From an uncultured Solirubrobacterales bacterium (GTDB lineage Bacteria > Actinomycetota > Thermoleophilia > Solirubrobacterales > 70-9), in NCBI GenBank assembly GCA_963815885.1, contig CAWFIM010000003.1:196234-260233 (forward strand): DNA of 64,000 nucleotides, read 5' to 3'. A model generated the notes under the pieces. It was not told the origin of the DNA and searched no databases. It saw only the letters and a program-made list of their open reading frames with translations. A program made the position numbers and the translations under genes. Shown in pieces: positions 57,164-64,000 of this stretch (its first letter is position 1; the number at the start of each line of letters is the position of its first letter).

Positions 57164-57435
57164 CGGCCGCCGGCCATCGCCGGCAGGATCACGACGGTGT
57201 CGCCGTCGGTGACGGCGGTGTCGAGCCCATCCAGCACCCGCACGTCCTCGTCGTTGAGGTAGACGTTGACGTAGCGGTTGAGGTCGCCGTCCTCGCCGAA
57301 CAGCTGCGCCTGGGTATCGGGGTACTCGCCGGTCAGCGCCCGCAGGACCTCGCCGACGCTGCCACCGGCTGCCTCGACCTCGGGCTGACCGCCCGTTTTC
57401 GGGCGCAGCACAGGGGGGATCCTCACGGTCGCCAT
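57160..57435 (-). CDS. cysO: MoaD/ThiS-family sulfur carrier (CysO-like) ending in GG-R
   Basis: 91-aa protein with a beta-grasp pattern and the C-terminus ...ILPAMAGGR*. Confidence 0.8.
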   Translation of the reverse strand: MATVRIPPVLRPKTGGQPEVEAAGGSVGEVLRALTGEYPDTQAQLFGEDGDLNRYVNVYLNDEDVRVLDGLDTAVTDGDTVVILPAMAGGR

Positions 57436-57454
57436 CGGCTGGGAAACCTATCGC

Positions 57455-58612
57455 CTATCCGGCGCAGAAGAGCTCGTAGTCGGGGAACTGGCCCAGCTCC
57501 GACTCCGGTATCTCCGGCGCGTTCTCGCCGCAGATCGGGCACTCCGGGTCGCGTCGGACCTTCAGCTCCGTGAATCTCGTGCCGAGCGCCTCGTAGAGCA
57601 GCAGGCGACCGATCAGCGGCTCGCCGACGCCGAGGACCAGCTTGATCACCTCGTTTGCCTGCAGCGTGCCCATCGTCCCCGCCATCACGCCGAGGACGCC
57701 GTTGGCGGAGCAGCTCGGCGCCAGCTCGGCCGGCGGCGGCGTCGGGTAGAGGCAGCGGTAGCAGGGCCCCTCGAAGGGGACGAAGGTCGAGATCTGGCCG
57801 TCGAAGCTGAGGATCGAGGCGGAGACGACCGGCTTGCGCAGCCGCACCGAGGCGTCGTTCAGGAGGTAGCGGGTGGGGAAGTTGTCGGCGCCGTCGACGA
57901 CGATGTCGTAGTCGCGGAGCACCTCGAGGATGTTGCCGGCGCTGAGCCGCATCCGGTGCTCGACCACGTCGACGTCGGGGTTCAGCGCCTCGATCGTCTT
58001 GCGCGCCGATGCGGTCTTCGGCTCGCCGATCCGTTCGGTGTTATGGATCACCTGGCGCTGCAGGTTGGAGGCGTCGACCACGTCGTCGTCGACCAGCCCG
58101 ACCGTGCCGATCCCGGCAGCGGCCAGGTAGAGCGCCGTCGGCGCGCCGAGCCCGCCGGCGCCCAGCAGCAGCACCTTCGCGTTCAGCAGCTTGATCTGGC
58201 CGTCGACCCCGACCTCCGGCAGCAGCGTGTGACGCGAGTAGCGCTCGCGCTGCTCAGCGGTCATGCCCTGCGCGGCGACGACCGGCAGCCCCTGCTCCTG
58301 CCAGGCGAGGATGCCACCGCCCATCGAGGCGACGTTCTCGTAGCCCAGCTCCTGCATCTGTGCGGCAGCAATCGCCGAGCGGTTGCCGGAGCGGCAGTAG
58401 AGGATCGTGCGGGCCGACTTGTCGGGGGCCGCCGACTCGATCTCGTCGCCGAGCAGGCCCGGCGGGACCAGCTTGCCCCCCTCGAGGTGAGCCTCCTGGT
58501 ACTCGTGCGGCTCGCGCGTGTCGACCAGGACGACGTCGCCGCCCTTGATCTCCTCCGCCGCCTCGAACGGCTCGATCTCCTCGATCGTCTGGGTTCCTAC
58601 GCCGCTTGCCAT
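57455..58612 (-). CDS. Rhodanese-ThiF/MoeB fusion E1-like adenylyltransferase/sulfurtransferase (MoeZ-like, rhodanese at the N-terminus)
   Basis: N-terminal rhodanese with YCRSGNRS, then LLLGAGGLGAP and the CYRC and CPIC zinc pairs. Confidence 0.85.
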   Translation of the reverse strand: MASGVGTQTIEEIEPFEAAEEIKGGDVVLVDTREPHEYQEAHLEGGKLVPPGLLGDEIESAAPDKSARTILYCRSGNRSAIAAAQMQELGYENVASMGGGILAWQEQGLPVVAAQGMTAEQRERYSRHTLLPEVGVDGQIKLLNAKVLLLGAGGLGAPTALYLAAAGIGTVGLVDDDVVDASNLQRQVIHNTERIGEPKTASARKTIEALNPDVDVVEHRMRLSAGNILEVLRDYDIVVDGADNFPTRYLLNDASVRLRKPVVSASILSFDGQISTFVPFEGPCYRCLYPTPPPAELAPSCSANGVLGVMAGTMGTLQANEVIKLVLGVGEPLIGRLLLYEALGTRFTELKVRRDPECPICGENAPEIPESELGQFPDYELFCAG

Positions 58613-58640
58613 CGCTAAATCTCCTAAATCCGGATCAGCT

Positions 58641-58659
58641 TTACTTCAAAAAGTATAGC
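58641..58659. promoter_or_regulatory. Shared 19-bp AT-rich motif, copy 2 (upstream of the E1-like gene)
   Basis: TTACTTCAAAAAGTATAGC, identical to 54563-54581. Confidence 0.5.
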
Positions 58660-58743
58660 GGGCGTTGGGATGAGCACCGCTCCAGCTTCCGACTCGTTTG
58701 GGTACGTTTGCGATCTTAATTCGGTACTACCACTGGAGGCACC

Positions 58744-58953
58744 GTGAAGATCCGCTCGTCCCTCGCTGTACTCGCAGCCGCCGTAGCCCTGGCCGTCACC
58801 GCCGTCCCCGCCACCGCCGGCGACAAGGACTGCTCCGACTTCAGCACCTGGCAGCAGGCGCAGCACTTCTACAAGAAGCACGGCGGGCCGCGGTACGACC
58901 CGCACCGGCTCGACGCCGACCACAACGGCATCGCCTGCGAGAGCCTGCGCTAG
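58744..58953 (+). CDS. Secreted Excalibur calcium-binding domain protein
   Basis: Signal peptide plus DCSDF...DADHNGIACE (DxDxDGxxCE). GTG start. Confidence 0.7.
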   Translation: MKIRSSLAVLAAAVALAVTAVPATAGDKDCSDFSTWQQAQHFYKKHGGPRYDPHRLDADHNGIACESLR

Positions 58954-58955
58954 CG

Positions 58956-59816
58956 CTAGCCGAGGCTGGGGCGCATCTGGCGCAGCCTCTTGACCCGCTC
59001 CTCGATCGGCGGGTGGGTCGAGAAGAGGCCGGCGATGCCCTTGCTGGAGAAGGGCTTGACGATGTAGAGCGGCTCGGCCGCCTGGTTGACCTGCATCGGC
59101 ATGTCCTGTGCCCCCTGCTCGAGCCTCAGCAGGGCGCTGGCCAGCGACTCCGGGTTGCCGCAGATTTCAGCGCCGCCGGCGTCGGCCGCGTACTCGCGCT
59201 GACGCGAGATCGAGAGCTGGATGATGCTCGCGGCGATCGGGGCTAGCAGGACCATCGCCAGCGAGGCGACCAGGCCCAGCGGCGAATTGTCGTCGTCGCC
59301 GAACCAGAGCAGCATGTAGGCGAGATAGGTGATCGCGGCGCCGATCGCCGAGGCCACCGACTGGATCAGGATGTCGCGGTGCTGGACGTGGGCGAGCTCG
59401 TGGGCGAGCACCCCGCGCAGCTCGTCCTCGGAGAGCAGCTTGGTGATCCCGCGGGTGACCGCCACCGCCGAGTGCTTCGGGTTGCGCCCGGTCGCGAAGG
59501 CGTTGGGCTGGTCCTGGGGGATCATGTAGAGGCGCGGCATCGGCAGGTCGGCGCGGGTCGTCAGTTCGCGCACGATCTGGTAGAGCCGCGGCGCTTCGGA
59601 CTCGTCAATCGGCTTGGCGCGGCTCATCGCCAGCGCCAGTTTGTCGCTGTAGAAGTAAGAGCCGAGGTTGATCAGCAGGGCGATTCCGAGGAACAGCGCG
59701 GCGGTGCTGGGGCCGCCGATCAGGGCGCCGATCAGGACCAGCAGGCCCGAGAGCGAGGCCAGCAGGATGGTCGTCCGCAGGGTGGCGCCCCAGGTGGATT
59801 GCTTGGTCGTGGTCAT
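58956..59816 (-). CDS. htpX: Zinc metalloprotease HtpX (M48)
   Basis: HELAHVQHRD motif and four TM segments. Confidence 0.9.
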   Translation of the reverse strand: MTTTKQSTWGATLRTTILLASLSGLLVLIGALIGGPSTAALFLGIALLINLGSYFYSDKLALAMSRAKPIDESEAPRLYQIVRELTTRADLPMPRLYMIPQDQPNAFATGRNPKHSAVAVTRGITKLLSEDELRGVLAHELAHVQHRDILIQSVASAIGAAITYLAYMLLWFGDDDNSPLGLVASLAMVLLAPIAASIIQLSISRQREYAADAGGAEICGNPESLASALLRLEQGAQDMPMQVNQAAEPLYIVKPFSSKGIAGLFSTHPPIEERVKRLRQMRPSLG

Positions 59817-59934
59817 ACCTTCAGCTCCTCGGTCGAAGTGGTCTAGCCAGTATTACGTCGAGATCGCGAATTGCCCATAGGTGACAACCCCTATTCGCGG
59901 CGGTGAACCACCCAGGGGCTTCTAGGCTTGGCCG

Positions 59935-60795
59935 ATGACCGTCGCGGTGATCGTCGTGCTCGCCCTGGCCGTGGCCGCGCTGGGGGCCGGCCTGCTCCGC
60001 CTCAGGCGCCGCTTCGCCCCGCTGGAGCGGCTGGTCGAGGAGATGGAGAAGGTCGACCTGAGCCGGCCTGGCCCGCTGCTGCCGGCCTCAATCGACGGCG
60101 TCGGCGAAACCGAGGAGGTTGAGCGGATCGAGCTCGCCTTCCTGCGGATGATCCGGCGCCTGGAAGCCGAGCGCCGCCGCGCCGGCTCCGCTGCCCTGCG
60201 GGCGCAGGAGGAGGAGCGCGCCCGCGTCGCCCGCGACCTCCACGACGAGGTGAACCAGTCGCTGACCGGCCTGCTGCTGCGGCTCGAGGCGGTGCGGGAG
60301 GCGGCGCCGGCCGAGCTGGAGCCCGAGCTGGCCGAGACCAAGGCCCTGGCCAACCAGGCGATGCACGAGCTGCTCTCGCTGGCCCGTCAATTGCGACCGA
60401 CGGCGCTCGACGACCTCGGTCTGGCGGCGGCGATCGGCGGTCAGGTCGAGCGACTCTCCCGCGGTGAGCTAGCGGCCGAGCTGCACGCCGACGGCGACTT
60501 CTCCGACCTCGGCGACGACGCCCAGCTCGTCGTCTACCGGGTCGCCCAGGAGGCGCTCTCCAACGCCGCCCGGCACAGCGGCGCCGGGCACGTCGAGGTG
60601 GGGTTGCGACGAGCCGGTTCCGGCGGCGTCGAGCTGACGGTCGCCGACGACGGCCGCGGCTTCGCCTTCGACGAGTCCGAGGGCGGCTTGGGCCTGGCCG
60701 GGATGCGCGAGCGGGCGCTCCTGGTCGGCGGCGAGCTGACGATCGAGTCGCGACCCGGCCGCGGCACCACGGTGCGGCTCAGCGTCCCCGGCTGA
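59935..60795 (+). CDS. HisKA_3-type sensor histidine kinase
   Basis: One TM helix, H-box ARDLHDEVNQSL, and DDGRGF and GLGLAGMRER motifs. Confidence 0.85.
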   Translation: MTVAVIVVLALAVAALGAGLLRLRRRFAPLERLVEEMEKVDLSRPGPLLPASIDGVGETEEVERIELAFLRMIRRLEAERRRAGSAALRAQEEERARVARDLHDEVNQSLTGLLLRLEAVREAAPAELEPELAETKALANQAMHELLSLARQLRPTALDDLGLAAAIGGQVERLSRGELAAELHADGDFSDLGDDAQLVVYRVAQEALSNAARHSGAGHVEVGLRRAGSGGVELTVADDGRGFAFDESEGGLGLAGMRERALLVGGELTIESRPGRGTTVRLSVPG

Positions 60796-60824
60796 TCGAC
60801 GGGCCGATTTCCCTCCATATAGGC

Positions 60825-60832
60825 GTATTTCC
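60825..60832. repeat. 8-bp target site duplication (left) of the IS66-family element
   Basis: GTATTTCC lies immediately outside the left TIR, and an identical copy is at 62370-62377. Confidence 0.85.
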
Positions 60833-62369
60833 GTAAGCGTTCAGCCCCTCATGCCCTGTGGGGTAGACGTGCCCGAGTCGGCTCTGCTCAGACCAGCGAA
60901 GGCGCGGGGCTTGCCCGTGCCGAGGCGGTTATCGCCTCGACCAGGAAGCCGAAGAGTGAGCGGCCCTGCAGCCGGCAGGTCTGAGAGACCGAGAGCATCC
61001 GCTCGGCAAAGCGCTCGCCTGCATTGGACTGGCTGCCGAGGGAGATCTTGCGGTAGATCACCGCTCCACGCAGCCCGCGCTCGGCACGGTTGTTGGTCGG
61101 CTCCACCTCCTCGATCTCGGTGAAGGTCCAAAGCGCCGGCCAGAGCTTCAAGAGGTTGCGGGCAAAGGTGCGGAACTGACGGTTGAGCATGCTCTTCTTG
61201 CGGTGGGGCTCAAGCAGAGCCCGCAGGCGGCGCTTGATCGGTGCAATCTCGCGGGCGAGACGATCTCGATCGCCGTGGCCGGCGAAGGAATCCCAGGCAC
61301 GGAAGAGCTCCCTGGCAGATCTCCAAGCCCCGCCTCGCCGAAGCGCCCTTGGTCTGCGAGCCCTTCGGAGTGGCGGCGGAAGTCGCGCAGCAGGTGAGCC
61401 CAGCAGACCTGGCGCCGAGCGGGATCAAGGGAGTCATAAGCCCACCAGCGATCCGAGGAGACGATGCCGGCGAAGCTCTCGCCGATCAGCCCCGGCAACT
61501 CACGCTCATGGCGATCGGCGGCGATATGGAAGGCGGCAAGGCTGTCGGTGATTGCGCCCCACAGGGTTCGCTTTTGCCCGGCGCAGCGCCAGCCGGTCTC
61601 ATCGACGCAGATGACGGGTGAGTCCTTGACCGCCTCGCGCAGCCCGGCGTATGGCTCGGCCAGGGCGCCGGAAGTGCGCTGGCAGATCGCATCGACCGAG
61701 CCGGCCGAGACTTCGCAGCCAAACAGCTCGCCGCAGAGCTCGGAGGCATCGCGGCGAGAGATCCGGTTGCGCACAGAAAGCAATGAGACCGCCGCCTGCA
61801 ACCTGGGTCCGAAGGCGCTTTGGCGGATCTCCTCGGGCAACGATGCGCGCGGGTGCTCGTCCCGCAACCGGGGCAACGCAGCGAGTGGGCCCGGTGCTCG
61901 GTGACCCTGACCGCGATTGGCGGCAGCTCCGTGACCTGGTGGCGGTGAGGCGGGGCGGCATGATCGCTGCGATCGAGATCGCCGCCCGCAGCCCGAGCAA
62001 CGCTCGGGCCAGTGATCGACGATCTCATCCAGCTCCGATTCGGCCACGAGCTTGCGAGCCGTTCCTTTGTGACCGGGCTGGGCACCCTGCTTGCGGGTGC
62101 TCGCTCCACGCCCCTGCCGAGAAGGCTTGCCCGGCGGGTCGGCCGAAGGCGGCCGGGAGGAGTTCTGGGAGCTCTCGCGCAGCTTCTCCTCAAGGCGCTC
62201 GATCCGCGCCTCCAGGCGAGTGACCTGGCGCTCATAGCGGGCAGTCAGCTCGACCAGGAACTCGACGCACGCCTCACGACCGGCGTCATAGACCGCCTCG
62301 GCTTCGGCGCGCTCCACACCAAGGAGTTCGCCGGGCCGTTATGTCCCCCTGCCGGGGCTGAACGCTTAC
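60833..62369 (-). mobile_element. IS66-family insertion sequence (1537 bp)
   Basis: Perfect 16-bp TIRs, GTAAGCGTTCAGCCCC (60833-60848) and GGGGCTGAACGCTTAC (62354-62369), flanked by an 8-bp direct repeat. Confidence 0.9.
60888..62317 (-). pseudogene. IS66-family transposase (TnpC-like) with at least 3 frameshifts
   Basis: Family motifs are spread over three frames. These include SSRPPSADPP, QPGHKG, RHQVTELPPIAVRVTEHRAHSLRCPGCG (second frame), VICVDETGW and CWAHLLRDF. ELFRAW...VEPTNNRAERGLRGAVIYRKISLGSQS lies in the third frame (ORF 60888..61190). Confidence 0.85.
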
Positions 62370-62377
62370 GTATTTCC
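62370..62377. repeat. 8-bp target site duplication (right)
   Basis: GTATTTCC. Confidence 0.85.
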
Positions 62378-62421
62378 GGCCCATCGACGGGGTTTTCCGG
62401 CCCATCGACGAGACTTGGGGG

Positions 62422-63051
62422 GTGCGCGTCTTGATCGCCGACGACCATGGGATCGTTCGCTCCGGGATTCGGCTGCTGCTGGAGCGCCAGCCGGACATCG
62501 AGGTCGTGGCCGAGGCGGCCGACGGCGCCGAGGCGCGGGACCTGGCGGTGCGCGAGCGCCCCGACCTGGCGATCCTCGACGTGAAGATGCCGAAGCTGAC
62601 CGGGCTGCAGGCGACCCGCGAGATCAAGCGGCAGGCGCCCGACATCTCGGTCCTGATCCTCTCCATGCACGACGACGAGCGCTACCTGTTCGAGGCGCTG
62701 AAGGCAGGCGCCTCCGGCTACGTGCTGAAGGCGCAGGCCGACACCGACCTGCTGGCGGCGATCCGCGCGGTGCAGCGCGGCGAGCCGTTCCTGACGCCGG
62801 AGGCCCAGCGGACCCTGATCAAGGACGTGCTGCAGCGCGGCTCCAGCGGCGAGGAGGAGCTGACCCCGCGCGAGGAGGAGATCGTCAAGCTGGTCGCCGA
62901 GGCGAACACGACGAAGCAGATCGCCGCGGTCCTGCACCTCTCCGAGAAGACGGTCGAGAACCACCGCGCCAACGCGATGCGCAAGCTCGGCATGCGCGAC
63001 CGGGTCGAGCTCGTCCGCTACGCGATCCGGCGCGGTCTGATCGAGCCCTAG
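62422..63051 (+). CDS. NarL/LuxR-family response regulator
   Basis: Receiver domain (VLIADDH...LAILDVKMP) plus LuxR HTH (LTPREEEIVKLVAEANTTKQIAAVLHLSEKTVENHR). Confidence 0.9.
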   Translation: MRVLIADDHGIVRSGIRLLLERQPDIEVVAEAADGAEARDLAVRERPDLAILDVKMPKLTGLQATREIKRQAPDISVLILSMHDDERYLFEALKAGASGYVLKAQADTDLLAAIRAVQRGEPFLTPEAQRTLIKDVLQRGSSGEEELTPREEEIVKLVAEANTTKQIAAVLHLSEKTVENHRANAMRKLGMRDRVELVRYAIRRGLIEP

Positions 63052-63086
63052 GAAGCCGGCACCGCGGCTTTGCTTGACTCCCCGCA

Positions 63087-64000
63087 GTGACCACCGCGGG
63101 CGACTTCCAAGAGAAACGCTGGCTGGCCCTGATCCTGCTGGCGGCGGCCCAATTCGTCGTCGTCCTCGACGCCTCGATCGTCAACGTCGCCCTGCCCTCG
63201 ATCGGCAGGGCGCTCGACTTCTCACAGGAGAACCTGCCGTGGGTCGTCAACGCCTACGTGCTCACCTTCGGCGGCTTCCTCCTGCTCGGCGGGCGGACCG
63301 CCGACCTGCTCGGGCGGCGGCGCGTCTTCATGGCCGGGCTGATGCTGGTCGCCGTGGCCTCGCTCGCCGCCGGCTTCGCCGCCAGCGAGGGACAGCTGAT
63401 CGCGGCCCGGGCCGCGCAGGGCCTCGGCGCGGCGATTATCTCCCCCGCCGCCCTTTCGATCGTCACCACGATCTTCAGCGACGGCGCCGAGCGCAACAAG
63501 GCGCTCGGGGTCTGGGGCGCGGTCGCCGGCGCCGGCGGCGCCGCCGGCGTCCTGCTCGGCGGGATTCTCACCGACGGTCTCGGCTGGGAGTGGGTGCTGT
63601 GGGTGAACGTGCCGGTCAGCCTCGTCGCCTTCGCGCTGACCCCGCGGTTGATCGCCGAGAGCCGCGCCTCCGACCAGGCGCGTGCCTTCGACGTCGCCGG
63701 CGCCGTCACCGTCACCGCCGCCCTCTCGCTGCTCGTCTACGCGGTGATCGACGCCAGCAGCGCCGGCTGGGAGTCGACGAAAACGCTCGGCCTGATCGCC
63801 CTCTCCCTGCTCCTGCTCGCCGCCTTCGTGGCGATCGAGCTGCGGTCCCGCAAGCCGCTGGTCCCGTTCTCGATCTTCCGCATCCGCACCCTGACCGGGG
63901 CCAACGTGGTCGGGGTCCTGGTCGGTGGATCGCTCTTCTCGATGTTCTTCTTCATCTCGCTCTACATGCAGCAGGTGCTGGGCTACAGCGCGATCCACGC
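63087..64000 (+). CDS. MFS transporter, DHA2/EmrB-like (3' end outside window)
   Basis: Not in the ORF track because there is no stop in the window. My own translation is VTTAGDFQEKRWLALILLAAAQFVVVLDASIVNVALPSIGRAL...GGRTADLLGRRRVF... Confidence 0.8.
   Translation, partial: MTTAGDFQEKRWLALILLAAAQFVVVLDASIVNVALPSIGRALDFSQENLPWVVNAYVLTFGGFLLLGGRTADLLGRRRVFMAGLMLVAVASLAAGFAASEGQLIAARAAQGLGAAIISPAALSIVTTIFSDGAERNKALGVWGAVAGAGGAAGVLLGGILTDGLGWEWVLWVNVPVSLVAFALTPRLIAESRASDQARAFDVAGAVTVTAALSLLVYAVIDASSAGWESTKTLGLIALSLLLLAAFVAIELRSRKPLVPFSIFRIRTLTGANVVGVLVGGSLFSMFFFISLYMQQVLGYSAIH

Noticed and set aside
63222-63998. 258-aa minus-strand ORF
   Set aside because: It is antisense to an obvious MFS transporter that runs off the window end and was therefore missing from the ORF track.
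1-64000. tRNA, rRNA, prophage or integron features
   Set aside because: I saw no cloverleaf-like T-arm (GGTTCGAATCC-type) context, no rRNA-like stretches, and no integrase or phage structural genes on manual reading. A tRNAscan/Infernal run would be needed to be certain.

Overview
This is a very GC-rich, actinobacterial-type chromosomal segment, about 90% coding, with no rRNA, tRNA or CRISPR that I could find by eye.

**Housekeeping backbone**
- rplM-rpsI-glmM-glmS
- guaB3-guaA
- pyrF, hup, tldD/pmbA, rph-rdgB, nadB, alr, cca, nnr
- hyuAB
- zur plus a ZIP transporter

**Accessory material**
- A visibly lower-GC islet (about 8.9-11.7 kb) next to a roughly 1,880-aa Sec-type DNRLRE/RHS polymorphic toxin. 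The toxin has an unrecognised glycine-zipper C-terminal tip, a 2-TM immunity candidate and an orphan RHS scar.
- Four type II TA pairs (HicAB, two VapBC, Phd/RelE-like) and a class II Fic gene.
- An IS110-family element.
- An IS66-family element with intact 16-bp terminal inverted repeats (TIRs) and an 8-bp target duplication. It splits a HisKA_3 kinase from its NarL-type regulator.

**Best leads**
1. The RHS tip and its immunity candidate.
2. Two inverted about 120-nt paralogous elements between zur and vapB. Their long terminal stems differ in sequence but stay perfectly paired.
3. A split CysM-Mec / CysO-MoeZ sulfur-carrier cysteine pathway.
   - The E1 enzyme carries an N-terminal rhodanese domain, and CysO ends in GG-R.
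   - An identical 19-bp AT-rich palindromic motif sits in front of both operons.
   - Two membrane-anchored DUF2007-like paralogs are coupled to mec.
4. pyrF and nadB have conserved N-termini that can only start at near-cognate ACG or ATA codons placed exactly at upstream stop codons.
5. rpsI has a 187-aa acidic N-terminal extension.

**Caveat**
Five otherwise conserved genes (infA, hup, fic, an ArsR-like gene and an ABC binding protein) each carry a net +1 frameshift. That points to insertion-type assembly error at least as much as to real decay.
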